DNA from: Camelus ferus
Lineage: Eukaryota
DNA: 64,000 nt
NCBI RefSeq assembly: GCF_009834535.1
Contig: NC_045696.1
Span: forward strand, 4,404,001-4,468,000
Direction: 5' to 3'
Shown here: one piece after another, positions 22,452-35,984 of the stretch
Position numbering within the stretch: position 1 is the first letter of the stretch
Layout: the number at the start of each line of letters is the position of its first letter
Position numbers and translations under genes: made by a program
The notes under the pieces: generated by a model
What the model saw: the letters and a program-made list of their open reading frames with translations, nothing else
The model's database searches: none
What the model was told of the DNA's origin: nothing

Positions 22452-25400
22452 ACCACACAAAATTTATGGGATGCAGCAAAAGCAGTCCTAAGAGGGAAGT
22501 TCATAGTGATACAAGCCTTTCTCAAAAAACAAGAACAATCTTAAATAGACAACCTCGTCAACCACCTAAAAGAATTAGAAAAATAAAAATAAACAAAACC
22601 TAAAGTTAGTAGAATGAAACAAATAATAAAGATCAGGGAGGAAATAAATAAAATAGAGATTAAAACACAATAGAAAAAAATTAATCAAATCAAGAGCTGG
22701 TTTTTTGAAAGAGTAAACAAAATCCACAAAACTCTGGCCAGGTTCAGCAAAAAGAAAAGAGAGGGACACAAATAACAAATATGAGATAGAAGAGGAGAAA
22801 CTACAATCAACACAACAGAAATACAAAAACCCATTAAGAGACCAATATGAAAAATTATATGGCAACAAATTGGAAGAAATGGATAAGTTTTTAGAAATAT
22901 GCAGTCTACCAAAACTGAATCAAGAAGAAATAGATCATTCAAACAGATTGATCACTAGAAGTGAAATAATAATAATTAAAAAAAAAAAAAACCTCCCTGC
23001 AAACAGAAATCCAAGACTGATAGCTTCACTGGGGAATTCTACCAAACATATGAAGAAGAACTTATACCAATCCTTCTCAAACTCTTCCAAAAGATTGAAG
23101 AGGAGGGAACACTCAGCTCATTCTATGAAGCCACCATCACCCTGATACAAACCAGATGAAGACACCACCAAAAAAGAAAATTACAGGCCAATATCTTTGA
23201 TAAACAAAGATGCAAAAATTCTCAACAAAATAATAGCAAACTGGATCCATCAATACATAAAAAAGACTATACATCATGATCAAGTGGAGTTCATCCCAGG
23301 AACACAAGAATAGTTCAACAAATGCAAATCAATCAATATAATATAACACATCAACAAAAGAAAGGACAAAAAAATCACATGATTATCTCAATAGATGCAG
23401 AAAAAGCAACTGATAAAATTCAACATCCATTCATGATAAAAAGCTCTTAACCAAAAAGGGCATAGAGGGAACATACCTTAACATTATAAATCTATTTGTG
23501 ACAAGTTCACAGCCAGTGTAATACTCAGCGGTGAAAAGTTGAAAGCCTTCCCACTAAAATCTAGAATAAGACAGGGATACCCACTCTCACCACTTCCATT
23601 CAACATAGTATTGGAAGTCCCAGACATACCAATCAGAAAAGAAAAAGAAATTAAAAAGATCTAAATTGGAAGAGAACAGGTAAAATTGTCACTGTATGCA
23701 GATGACATGATACTTTATATAAAAAAAATCCTAAAGGCTCTACACAAAAACTAGTAGAGCTGATAAAAGAATTCAGCAAGGTTGCAGGATACAAGATTAA
23801 AACATAGAAATCTGTTGCATTTCTTTACACTAACAATGAAATATCAGAAAAGGAAACTTTAAAAAACACTTTTAAAATCTCATCAAAAAAGCCCTCTTAG
23901 TAATAAATCTGATCAAGGAGGTGAAAGACTTGTACACTGAGAACTATAAACACTGATTTAAGGACATTAAAGATGATTTAAAGAAATGAAAAGATATTCT
24001 ATGGTCTTGGATTGGAAGAATTAATATTGTTAAAATGGTCATACTACACAAAGTAATCTGCAAATTTAATGCAATCTCTATCAAATTAACCAGGACATTT
24101 TTCACAAAACTAGAACAAATAATCCTAAAATTTATATGAAACCACAAAAGACCCAGAATTTCCAAAGCAATACTGAAGAAAAAGAACAAAGCTGGAGGAA
24201 TAACCCTCCCAGACTTCAGACAATACTATAGAGCTACAGTAATCAAAATAGCATGGTATCAGCATAAAACCATACATATGGATTAATGGAACAGAATAGA
24301 GAGCCCAGAAATAAACCCACACACCTATGGCCAATTAATCTTTGACAAAGGAGACAAGAATACACAATGGGGTAAAGACAGTCTCTTCAGCAAATGGTAT
24401 TGGGAAAGCTGGACAGCTCCATATAAATCAGTGAAGCTAGAACACTCCCTCACACCATACATAAAAACAAACTCAAAATGGCTTACAGACTTAAACGTAA
24501 GATGAGACACTATAAACCTCTTAGAAAAAAACATAGGTGAAACATTCTCTGACATACATAAATCCTTAGTGTTCTCCTAGGGCAGTCTACCAAGGCAAGA
24601 GAAGTAAAAATACACAAATGGGACCTAACTAAACTTATATGCTTTTGCACATCAAAGGAAACTATAAACAAAATAAAAAGGCAACCTATGGAATGTGAAA
24701 AATATTTGCAAACGATGGGACTGACAAGGTCTTAATTTCCAAAATATACAAACAGCTCATACAACTCAGTAACAACAACAACAAAACAATTCAACCCAAA
24801 AATGGGCAGAAGACCTAAACAAACATTTCTCCAGTGAAGACATACAAATGGCCAATAGGCATGTGAAAAAATGCTCATATCACTAATTATCAGAGAAATG
24901 CAAATCAAAACTACAGTGAAGTATTACCTCACACCAGTCAAAATGGCCATCATTCAAAAGTCCACAAACGATAAATGCTGGGAAGGGTATGGGGAAAAGG
25001 GAACCCTCTTACACTGTTGGTGGGAATGTAGTTTGGTGCAGCCATTATGGAAAACAGTATGGAGATTTCTCAAAAAACTGAAAATAGACTTGCCATGTGA
25101 TCCAGCAATCCCACTCCTGGGCACATATCTGGAGAAAACTCTAATTTGAAAAAATACCCCAGTGTTTATAGCAGCACTATTTATATAGCCAAGACATGGA
25201 AGCAAACTAAATGTCCATTGACAGATGACTGGATAAAGAAGATGCGGTATATATGTGTATGCATATATGTATATATACATAACATACATATTCACAGACA
25301 CAATGGAATACTACTCAGACATAAAAAAGAATAAAGTAATGCCATTTACAGCAACATGGATGGAACTGGAGGTCATCATTCTAAGTGAAATAAGCCAGAA

Positions 25401-25764
25401 AGAGAGAAAAAAATACCACATGATATCACTTGTATGTGGAATCTTAAAAAAATGACACAAATGAACTGATTTACAAAATAGAAACAGACTCACAGATGTA
25501 GAAACCAAACTATGGTTCCCAAAGGGGAAAGGGGGAGGGGGAGGGATAAATTAGTAGTTTGGGATTAGCAGATACAAAGTACTACATCTAAAATAGATAA
25601 ACAAGTTCCTACAGTATAGCACGGGGACCATACTCAATATCTTGTAACAGCCTATAATGAAAAATAATATGAAAAGAAATATATATGTATAACTGAATCC
25701 TTATGCTGTATACCAGAAATTAACACAACATGGTAAACCAACTATACTTCAATTAAAAAAAAAA
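22452..25764 (+). mobile_element. 5'-truncated lineage L1, 3.3 kb, disrupted ORF2 plus 3'UTR
   Basis: RT motif YADD at 23695-23706; C-terminal [18 protein letters not shown] in ORF 24871-25149; many frameshifts; poly(A); TSD tcacatgttatg (22440-22451) / tcacatgtcatg (25765-25776). Confidence 0.95.
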
Positions 25765-26579
25765 TCACATGTCATGGAGGTGCCTTAAACCAGGGCTTCA
25801 ATACTGTTTTTCATCTGTTATATCATTGTTGCCACTTTTGACTTATCCGTATGCTGTACTCACTCAATAGATTGTTCTAATATTGCTTTAGACAGTTACC
25901 TTTTAGAATAATTAAGAAAAAGAAAAATACATGATTTTATTTTTTCTTTCTTTACTATATTATTTTTAACAACATCCTTTGTTTATGTGGATTCCAGTTT
26001 CTGACTTACATAATTTTTCTCCTTCCTGAAGAATTTTTTAAACATTTCTTATAAGGTAGATCTGCTAAGTATGAATTTGTTCAGTCTTTGTAAATCTGAG
26101 AAGGTTTTTATTTATCCTTTACTTAAAAAAAAAAAGGCCTTAAACTTTATGTATTATTAAGGGAGTACATTCTTTGGACAAACTATTAATCATAGATTAG
26201 GCACAAAGAAAATATCTTTAATTGTCAAAATAAATAATTCAACAAGCTACATTTTTTTAGACCAGAATCCAGTAAGACCGAAAAAGGATAAATATTTACT
26301 CAGACAAAAATATTTAAACATACATACATACATGTGATACACACACACAATCCTAAATAACAAAGAACACTTTTAATGATGAGACTTAAAAACATCAAAA
26401 TATGGTATAACCAAAGCTGCACTTAGAGTTCAATTTTCATTATTAAATATAGAAGCATGAAAGCAAATTTATTTCATACACAACTTGAGAAGTTAGAGAA
26501 CACAAAAATAAACCTAAGAATAACTGGTGAAATTAATTTAAACTATGAAAATGGAAAACGTTTAGAAAAAATTAGAAAA

Positions 26580-26830
26580 ACGTATTAGTAAGGAAGCCTT
26601 TAGTCACAAGGAAACTGTGACTCAAGTGACTCAATCAAAGAGAAAATGTATTATTTTATAGAGCATGAAGTCTAAATATAGGGCTATTCCACGTGTAGTG
26701 CAGTTTGTAGTCAGGGCTGCAGGGATAGGCCTGGCTCTCACCTTCTTCGTATCTTGGAGTTCGTCAAGGCCAGTGTACTTAAGTGCACAGCATGGCTACA
26801 ACATTCCTAGGTGCCCCTTCCAAGCAACAT
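26580..26830 (-). mobile_element. Old MaLR (MLT1J/K-like) LTR fragment
   Basis: gtattagtaagg...tagtcacaaggaaac...catggctacaac pattern. Confidence 0.45.
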
Positions 26831-26925
26831 CTTAATATGTATTATCTGCGCCTTGTTTGAAGCATATAAAATATCCTATTCTATCCTTCACTTTTAACAG
26901 GTAATTTGCCTGTATAGAATTGATT

Positions 26926-27120
26926 CTTTTTAATTGAAGTATAGTCAGTTTACAATGTTGTGTTAGTTTCTGGTATACAGCATACTGATTCAGTTATACA
27001 CCTTTCTATATATTTCTTTTCATATTATTTTTCACTATAAGCTATTACAAGATACTGAATAGTTCCCTGTGCTATACAGCAGGACCTTATTTATTTTATA
27101 CATAGTAGTTAGTATCTGCT
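26926..27120 (-). mobile_element. Lineage L1 3' end, about 195 bp
   Basis: tttttaattgaagtatagtcagtttacaatgttgtgttagtttctgg...; possible TSD tgattcttttt / tgcttcttttt. Confidence 0.9.
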
Positions 27121-27914
27121 TCTTTTTTATCTTTCAAAAATTTAACATTTCACTTCACAATCTTTTGCTTATACTGATTCTGATGAGAAATCAGGGTAAT
27201 TCTTGTAATTCTATAATTCCTATCCTTTGCTATAATTTTATCCTTTGGATTGAAAAAAACTTACTCTTTATTGTAATAAAAAATGCTATAATTATCCTTG
27301 CTTCTCTGAGAATAAGTTATTTTCCCTCCCTCTGGCTTTTTTTGGAGATTTTCCCTTTGTCTTTGGTTTCTGTAATCTGAATTTGATATGCCGTGGTATT
27401 GGGGGTGGGTAGGGGGCTGGGTCTTTATCCCACTGAGTGTTCTCTGACACTCCTGGATCTGTGGTTTAGTGTTTATTATCCATTTTCAAAAATTCTCGCC
27501 ATTATTATGCCAATGTGCTTTTCTGCACAATTCTCTATTTTCTGGTATACCAATTGAACGTATGTAACATCGCTGAAATTGCCCATCATTTGGGGATATT
27601 CTGTTCCTTTTTGTCCCCCAATTCTTTTTTCTCTCTGTACTTCAGTTTAGGAGTCTTTTATTGACCTACCTTCAGCTTCCCTAATACCTTGTCTATGTTG
27701 CATCAACGGATGAGCCCATCAAAATAGCCTTCATTCCCTTTACAATGTTCTTCATTTACAGCATTTTCTTTTTATTCTTTTTTAGAGTTTCCAACTGGCT
27801 TACATGGCCCATCTTTTCTTGTATGTTGTCTACTTTTTCTCTTGGAGACATTAACATAGCAATTATAGCTATTTTAAATGCCTGGTCTGACAATTGCAAC
27901 ATCTAGGTCATATA

Positions 27915-28075
27915 TAATTGTCCCTCGGTATCAGCTGGGGACTGGTTCTAGGAGAGCTTGCAGATATAGAAATCTATGGATATGAAGTCCCTTCCATAAA
28001 ATGGTGTGGTACAGTGAATACAGTTGACCTTTCATATCTGTGAGTTTGGCATCGGCAGATATGAAGGGTAGATTG
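27915..28075. mobile_element. Tigger/MER2-like MITE
   Basis: TA flanks; termini ttgtccctcggtatc ... gatatgaagggtagattg. Confidence 0.7.
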
Positions 28076-29219
28076 TATACCTCTGGTTCTGATGGTTGCT
28101 TTGTCTTTTCAGATTGTGCTTTTTCTTGCCTCTTGTATGCCTTGTAATTTTTGTGTTGAAAGCTGGATGTTATTAACAGGTAATGGGAACTAACATAAAT
28201 AGGGCTATGGTGCTAGATTTTAGGTTCATCTGGCTAGGAGTTAGGATGTGTTTGAAATCTGCTCTTGCTGTGGGCGCCAGAGGCTTCCTGTTCCTTCAGT
28301 GTCATTGCTTTCTCCCCCCCCCCCCCGTTGACCCCCACCCCCAGCGCTCACGCAGAAAGTCTGCGCTCTCCAGCTCCTTCAGCTGCAGTCCGTTGTTTTC
28401 TGAACTGCAGCCCTGTTGGTGGGGTGGTGGTGGTGAAGGATGGGGTTATATCTGTATAATCACAGCTATAATCTTATGATTGAATCCCAGTGTTTTAGTG
28501 GGTCCTATCTCCAGGCTGTGACCTTCACAAATGTTTTTTCCATTAGCTTAGCTTTTTCTTTTTGCCCTTGCTTCTTATGTTCTTCCTTGGATGCAACATC
28601 CCCAATCTATTTCCTTGAAGCTTTGACCCTTGATGACTGGGTTTTCCCCCATAGGTGAGACAGGAAGTATACCTGGGGCTTGATTGAATGAAATGCCCTT
28701 CCCGCCGCTGGGATAAGATACTGGCAAATTCTTTTCCACTGAAGAGGAGTCCTCTGCTGTGGAGAAGATATTTCACAATGACTACCTCTCCCCTGTCAGA
28801 GCTGGGGGAACACCTTCCTTAAATCTTCACCATGAGAATCTGGTGTGATTCCTGGAAGTAAAGCCTGCAGATGTGGGAAGGGCACCTCCTAGGACTATGG
28901 TCCCTGGGAGTTTCTCACTCTCTGCTAGCTTACACTTCAGCCTCTAGCAATGTATCAGAATTGGCATTTAATCATTCTTACCAGTTTAATGCTCCGGTGG
29001 GTTCTGCTCCAAATAAGCAGATCTAGGTTATGATTCTCTGTATTTGCCTGTCCCTCCAAATTTTGTGGTGATGATCTGTCCTGTGACCTCAATTTCCTGA
29101 TGAGTTCAAAGAGAGTCATTAATTTTCAGTTTGTCCAGATTTTCCTTGCTCTAAGTATAGAGCGATGCCTTCCAAGCTCTTTACATGTCAGAGTTGAAAT
29201 CTAACACCTCTAATTTTTA

Positions 29220-30290
29220 AATAACATTTTCTTGGTTATTGTCCCATTAACTGTCTAATGACATTTTTATTATATCCCAGGCCTTGTATATGAATAAATC
29301 AAAGTGCTTCAGATAATATCTTCCATCAGTGAGGATTTCCTCCCTGTTGTGGGCATACGATGAGGGGCTGATCACTTCAATCCAATTGAGATTATCTTGA
29401 GTCTATGGATCCCAATTGTAGCAAGATTTGTCTTGTATCTGGTAAGTCCCTGTTTCTTGATGTGGTTCTCCTAAGTTTTTGCTTTGTCTCCTCATGCCAG
29501 AATGTTCTATTCTTTAGAGACTGAAATTAGCTCTTCAGTATTTCATTTTATGCAAGGTCAGAAAATCAGACTAATGTCTCGACCAGTCATGCATTTTTTG
29601 CAGACCCCCTTCTTCTCATGGGATGCCATCTTCTAAGGGAGCCTTGGGGAGATTGTGCTCTGCTTTCCTGCCAACCTCCCTCATCAGATACGCCTTTCCC
29701 AGGCTTGTAATTGAAAAGCCTCTTTTTCTCAGCTCTGAATGCTTTCCCCTTCAGAGTTGTTGAGCCCAATTCTCCCCTCACACAAGTTCAAATATGGGGG
29801 ATATCTTAAGGGAGATTCTAGCTTTGTGTTGGTTGCAAAGCTTCTCCTTCTAATGTGACTTAGTCTCTTAAGCACTGGGACACAAATTTTTCTTTGTGTC
29901 TGTGTTCTCCAGTTTCTAGCACAGCAGCAGAGCTCAGCAAATGTCTCATGGGGAAGGCATACTTTTCAGGGGCTATGCTAGGTTCCAATGCATCATTCCA
30001 TCCCCAAATGACTGCCCAAAGTCTACCAGTAGCATCCTTCAATTTGGGTCAAGCCTGAACTTCAACTCATGTCCAGAATTGGCAGATACGACAAGACGTG
30101 AAAAGAGTCAGCAGTTAGCATCTCACCTAGGAGGAACTCTGTGCTCCCAAGGCTGTACTTCTTCTGATCTTCATCACTTCTTTAGCTCTCCAATCCTTTA
30201 AAAACATGAGTTGTATAATTCATCCAGCTTTAAAAGAAATGTTGCATTGGTCATATAGGTCTGTCATGTCCTGTTACATTTACCTGGACT
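29220..30290 (-). mobile_element. Ancient L1/HAL1-like 5' region
   Basis: Degenerate antisense 5'-end text; subfamily unresolved. Confidence 0.4.
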
Positions 30291-30309
30291 CAGAAGATAC
30301 ACATCATTA

Positions 30310-31220
30310 TTTTTTAATAAGAAAAATTAGGGTTCTTTTACTTTGCCTTTGCCTGTATACCATGTTTAGCAGCAGATCTCAGCAAAGCTGACTAACCCTC
30401 AACCACTGACTCATCAAGTTAGCAGGGAATATACACTCATCCCCACACGTTTAGCGTTGGACTGTCAAAAAAAGGAGGAATCCAAAATTTGTGTTCAAAC
30501 TTTGAAAAGTATAATAAATATGTGTACATCTATGGTTCTTATGGGCATTGATGGCAATGCAGTTGAGGAGAATTCAGCTTCCAGAAAGAGGAGCAGAAGG
30601 CTCAGTAGAAAAAGTTGCACGATATTACATGGAGCAGAAGAAAACTGGGGTATCCTGTGGGGCCCTCTAATTAAAGCCCAGAAAATTGCAATTTCTTTAG
30701 AAACAACACAAGGAAAAGGAAACATTCAGTGTAGAACCACCAAGGACCACTTAGAGGTAGACCAAAAATATTATACTGGAAATGGTAAACAGGGGAGAGG
30801 ACTCAGAAGCAAAAAGAAAAAAGAACAGTTAACTTCAAAAAAACCTCAAAATATTTCAACATTCCCTAACACCAATTAGGTCAGCGTGCTGCAGAAACCC
30901 CAGAAAACCACCACATTAACTTCTCAATGTCCCCGGCAAGGATGTGCGCAGTCAGGCACTTGGGAAACTGAAACGAACCGTCCATGCGCCTTCAGCTTGG
31001 TTGGATTGCAACATGGACAGCGAGGGAGGGGCTGCGCACGGAGGCTGTGAGTCTGACTGCAAACAGATCTTTGATCATTTTGAGTGGAAATGGCTGCCTG
31101 TTCAAAATATGGGGCTATAATATACGCATGCATTTGTGGTGTACGTGTGCACTAAAGAGAAGTCTAAAGGACAGTGCCACTAGCGGTACACGTAAACACA
31201 GAAGTTGTCTTAGTGAACAC
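30310..31220 (-). pseudogene. Relic coding segment(s)
   Basis: ORFs 30924-31133 and 30495-30725 share a frame: HAYIIAPYFEQ...SVCSQTHS...HGRFVSVSQVPD; RIPQFSS...LFLLSLLLLFLEAEFSSTALPSMP; later SQWLRV...KNPNFSY after frameshifts. Confidence 0.6.
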
Positions 31221-31319
31221 AAATGAGAACAGGTCCTCTGACATGTATGTGTGGATTAAGGGACATAGCGTCTGAAACCAACAATGCCCAAGAAAACTCA
31301 AGGCATAGAGGGGGGCCAT

Positions 31320-31555
31320 TCTGGGACAGCATAGAGAACGTGGATCCTGGAATGAGATGTAGGTTCAAATCCCAGCACTGTTTGACTAATGGATGAGCCT
31401 GAGAAAATCGTTGACCTTTCTGAGCTGCAGTCACTTTGTATGTGGAGTGAAGTCAACATTCCCTGCACAGGATGTTTGTGGTGACTAAATTGTGTGATCG
31501 AGGATTAATGCCACACGTAATCCTGGGTACCTGGGGGGCATTCCTTAAGTGACAG
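31320..31555 (+). mobile_element. MIR
   Basis: aggttcaaatcccagcactg...ttgacctttctgagctgcagt. Confidence 0.75.
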
Positions 31556-33342
31556 CTCTTCTAACTACGTGGTGCACGGGAAACAAGAGTTATTGGGTTG
31601 CAGTTGGCGTAGGTGTGACAGGAAATGTGATGTTTCAAATTGAGTGGAAAAGGAGCAGTGGTGACGTAGACTAAGTGAAGTAACTAGGAGATAAGCGTTT
31701 GCAAGGGCAGGATAAAGGGTGAAGGAGTCAGGTGCAGGTATTACAAAAAAAATGGGTCCTAGGAAGATAAGAAAGATGATGAAAAATGCAGGATGCAGGT
31801 AGGAAGCCTGTGTTTGGCCCCAGAGGCAATTCCCTGAGTGTGGCCTCTTCTGGCTTCTTCTGACCTGTGCTTTAGTTGTGAATCTGTCTTCTCACCACCA
31901 TAACACATGCACAATAAGTTCAGCAAGCCAGCGTCTTCCTTCCTTCCCTCCCATGAAGCTTGTATAGTATCTAATAAATGTAAGGTTTCATGTGTGATGT
32001 ATTCCGCTCACAGTAAAGCCACCACGTGACCCTTGGCAAGACATTGAGGCATTATTCCCCCCATCCTCATTCGCTACATGAGGGGATTGAGATCTTTGAA
32101 GACATTTACAAAGCTGAGAACCCGTGATGTCTAAGTCAAAGAAACACCTGGTAATCTTTTTAAAGGATAAAAGTAAGAAGAGAAGTGTAGAAGTGTAATA
32201 AGCAATGAGGAGGCAAAACAAATTACAAACGACTACTGCGGGGATAAGAACAAAACAGTTCAGGGGTCACAATGGGCTACAAGCCAGACACACATCTTCA
32301 TTCATGGGCCCACAGAGGAACAGAGGGTGACTGGGGGTGGGGAACGGGGAGAAGGAGCAATTCCAACTTGTGCAATTAGGTCAAATAACTGTCTTGGCAG
32401 GATGGGGTGGGAAGGTGGTGGAAGTCAAGGGGGGAGAGGAGCGAACTCAGAACCCGGGGCTTTCGGCGGGTGGGAAGCACGGCTCCTTCCTCCTGGACAA
32501 GAGGTCACTGTGCAGAGAGGTTTAGAACGTGATTCACTTTTGCTTCTGTGGGGGGAAGGACTTCCTCTTCCTCTGTTCTTAGCCTTTGGCCCACACATGA
32601 CTGGGCTTGCTGAGTGACTGGCCTCTAAATTACATCCACCTGACGAAGGAAACATTCTTGTACCTAGAAAGCGGAAAAGGAGAGGGTCTGGGAGCACAGG
32701 GGTGAGACCAAACAAACCTCCTTCTCATAAGGTCAGAAAAGGATTCCAGGGAGAATCGAAAAGAAATGGGAATGGATGAGGGAAGGACCGACCGGACCTC
32801 CTGGAGCTGCAGGTTCTGTGCATGACACACACCGGAATCCAGAGAAGGGCTTTGGGTCCTGCAGGCTGGATCTATGCGCTTCTCCAATACTGCGCATTTT
32901 GTGTCTTTAGTGTTTCAATACTCAACGGTGCTCAATCTTTGCAAAATTTTGCATTAAGTGAATCTCGTCTTTCGCACCACTGGTCCTTGATTTCTGCATC
33001 CTTTTCCAATCACATTACTCTCCTTTCACTTCAGGAATTTGATGCCTTCCCCTCTGTCAGATGCGGAGCTCAAGAAGCATCGAGTCTCACGTGCTCTCTC
33101 AAGCGGGCCTATGTGGCCGTGACACCTTTCCCAGGGCGATCTGTGGCTGAAGCTTTATCACTGTGGGTTAGAAGATGCGGTTACCATTTAAATGGGTTAA
33201 CATAGGGGAGTGTCAAGGAAGACCTCTTCAGACAAGAAGGAAATAATCCAATTTGCCAATTGCACAGGACCAGCTCCTCCAGTCTCACCTGTGACTTCTA
33301 TATGAAATGCGTAGACATACCATGTCACACCTGCACATTAAA

Positions 33343-33522
33343 CACTGGTTCTCAACTGGAGCGATTCTGCCCCCTACTGGGCATTTGGCAAAGTTTTTGG
33401 TTGTTGCAACTCAGGGGAGGGGCTGTTTCTATGGGCATCTGTCCTACAAAGCACAAGACCGACCCCACAGTGAAGACTGACCAGCCCCAGGGCTTGGCGG
33501 TGCTGAGGCTGGGAATCCCCGA
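33343..33522. mobile_element. MER20 hAT MITE
   Basis: cactggttctcaactggagcgattctgccccc...gtgctgaggctgggaatccc. Confidence 0.8.
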
Positions 33523-34111
33523 TTTAACAGACTCAAGTTCAGCCCCATGTATTTGGCAAAGAGAACAGCAAGAAAAGTGGATGGCGTGAGAATTCCCTCC
33601 ACTTGCCCCGTTCATTCCCTTCAAACCAGCCTTTCCCTCCCCTTGACCGACCACAAGTGAAGCTCGGAGACAAGTAAAGCAGGCTTCCCTTTGAGTTGAT
33701 GTTAGGTTTTAATATTCATCTTTATTAACTGTATCCTGAATGTACACACGAGGTACCCTGGGTTAGCAGCGGACGATCATCATTCATTTACAGCAAATCA
33801 TGACCACACCTCAGTTCCTGCCCCTGGGGTGTTGTGATGGGGACCAGGCCAAATGTCCCCCCCCCCCCCACATTTCTAAGTCTGCACCCAAGTGAAGAGT
33901 GAATTTTCTCTCCTCGGGTACAGGAGAAAGAGGCAGCTGCCTCCCCTCCCCTCCCAACAGGAGGGAGAAAAACCTTTGCTCCTTGGAGATGGAAGAGCAG
34001 GATCTTAGGTTCTCATTCTAACCTTTGGGAATGTAAATACATCCCTTCAAGGGCCAGGTGAGCCCCAGTGTCCAGCTTTTACGAGCTGGAGGTGTTTCCA
34101 AGTTCCCAGCT

Positions 34112-34348
34112 TCATTTCCCCTTGAAATGCAAACACACTTTCAGAGCTGACAAACCTGCCCAGAGCTCTCTCACTTTCTCTCCAGGTATGAACCAGCTAC
34201 CCAGGGCTTGCTCTGGACTGAGGAGCCCCAGGCTGCAGACGAACCTGTGCAGAAAGCCCCAACACTGCCGAGATGCACACGTACTTTGTCTACACCCCAC
34301 TGTCTCCAAGGGCTCTCGGGACTTAGAGGTGATGCAAGGTGCTGACAA
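34112..34348 (-). pseudogene. Relic repeat segment
   Basis: Open frame APCITSKSREPLETVGCRQSTCASRQCWGFLHRFVCSLGLLSPEQA matches the GC..S..WL..FG.FS..AS...F...L.LLSP.Q.A part of the repeat. Confidence 0.65.
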
Positions 34349-35088
34349 CTTGCTTTTTCCCTCCTGTGTCTGCCCTATGTAAGGAAGTTTCTCCTGTCAC
34401 ATAGGCGACAACCAGCACAGCCCCTTGTCCAGAAAGCGTCCTGGTGTCCTGTTCCGTTCGGACCCTTCCCACAGATCTGATTTAAAACATACTACCGAGT
34501 TGGTAGGGCCATTGATTCAGGGATCCGTCCTACGTCATACAGATGGTAAGTTTACACTTTAGAACGAGCCTGGCGGAGTCAGCATCCCCACCCAAAGGAT
34601 TATGTCAGGGGGAGGATTTGGTCCTGAGACTCACCGATGGCGGGTGCACACACGTCTAAGTTCCCCTGAAGTCAGTCTCGAGGGCCTTGTCACCTGCACC
34701 TGAGTCCCTGGCAGCTGGGTGTCCCCCTCAAGGCAGCCCTGACCAGGGAGGACACTTTCTTTTTCCGGATTCTTTCTGCCATTGCTGTACACGTGGCCCA
34801 CGTGTCAGCTGCTCTATTCTTCCTGACAGTCGTGGCACGCTCTTTGCATCCGGAGATTATTGGAAATCAGTGCTAAAAAAAATTAAGGGGAAGTCTTTCT
34901 ACAATTCCTTCAAATTGCACTATTTGGGGGTCAGTGGGCTCTAAACTCTTTCCTTCCAAGGGGAAAAAACAGTGCTGTAGGTTGGTACTAAATCCCTAGC
35001 ATAGAGGAGAACAGGTGTGTATAATTTCTGAAATAAAGCTTGAAGGTGAGACATGTTAAATATATCACTCACACTCTGTTTTGGAGGT

Positions 35089-35855
35089 TTAACTGTTCAC
35101 TGGGGAAATTGGATGATAAGAAATCAAAAGCTGAGCTTGGATTCTGTCATTCAGGCTGAACATCACAAGTGAGAAGGATCGTTCGGTCCAGGTCCACTTT
35201 TCAGGAGGCTGGTGACAAAGCAGAGTGTCAGACCCTAATGCGAACAAGCCCCCTAATGGCAGTAAGTTGTAAGGACTGGCTACCAAGCACTCTGTGCTGT
35301 GATCTCGTCGTGTGATGAGAAACTCATTCTGGACTTTTTGAAGTAATAAGTAGATACTTCCAAAGGGGATCCAGTTTGCCCCGAAGCTCAGGGAAGACAC
35401 ATGTCAGATGTCATCCAGAGCGTCCACGGAACTTGCAACTGTCTTATGACCACTCAGGGTAAGACAGCCCAAGTCCCGCCTCCCGGGAGCTTCCAAACTA
35501 AATAACAGGTAGAAACACCCCTGGGAGGGAGATGTAAGCATCCGCCCCTGGGATTTACTTTCGACCAGAGAACTTCCGTTCTTTGAGCAGGGGAGGGTAA
35601 GGTGTGTTCTCTGGAAGAAATCAACAGACTCTCGGTTCTGTCTCTCTAAGGGCAGTATCGACGCGACCCTGCCAGAAGTCTCTGTGAGGTGTGACGGCTT
35701 CAAGACTCTTCCACTCCACCCAAGTTAAGCTTAAAGCACTTGGGCCCCAGGTGGAGAAAACTGCCAAGGCAGGCAGCCAGGCAGCCCCTCTGGGGACTGG
35801 TCACTGGACTTCCCTCAGGATCCCCAGGTCTCATCAAGCCATGTTTTAATAACTG
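35089..35855 (-). pseudogene. Relic giant-exon segment
   Basis: 35703-35089 is one frame of 205 codons with one internal stop (LPLERQNRESVDFF; LCHQPPEKWTWTERSFSLVMFSLND); the same frame upstream has TWLDETWGS. Confidence 0.55.
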
Positions 35856-35984
35856 AGCATATGGCTGACCCGGGAAGAGTGTAAGAAGGGGTACACCATC
35901 CTTTCTGACCTCAGGAGAACATAGAACCTGTCACCTGTGTGTACATGAGCTTAAAATCTTCAGCCAGATCCCCTGAGCTCATCG

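Larger units (their letters stand above)
21900..29210 (-). mobile_element. Old L1 (L1MC/L1MD-type) 5'/ORF1 region hosting several nested insertions
   Basis: Antisense L1M text resumes on both sides of each insertion; ends ttccaagctctttacatgtcagagttgaaa. Confidence 0.65.

Noticed and set aside
22870..25455. ORFs as host genes or an active L1
   Set aside because: Frameshifted pieces of a 5'-truncated L1 ORF2.
30270..30305. YLLSPG as continuation of the repeat after NPNFSY
   Set aside because: It needs a frameshift and overlaps the probable end of an ancient L1, so it was not counted as evidence.
30457..33205. Long plus-strand ORFs (30457-30879, 32822-33205 and similar)
   Set aside because: No recognisable product or splice support; some are antisense shadows of minus-strand relic frames.
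32870..33230. Further relic exon
   Set aside because: An acceptor-like site is present, but no frame gives a convincing motif.
33590..34080. Possible old ERV LTR fragment
   Set aside because: Vaguely LTR-like, but neither family nor termini could be established.
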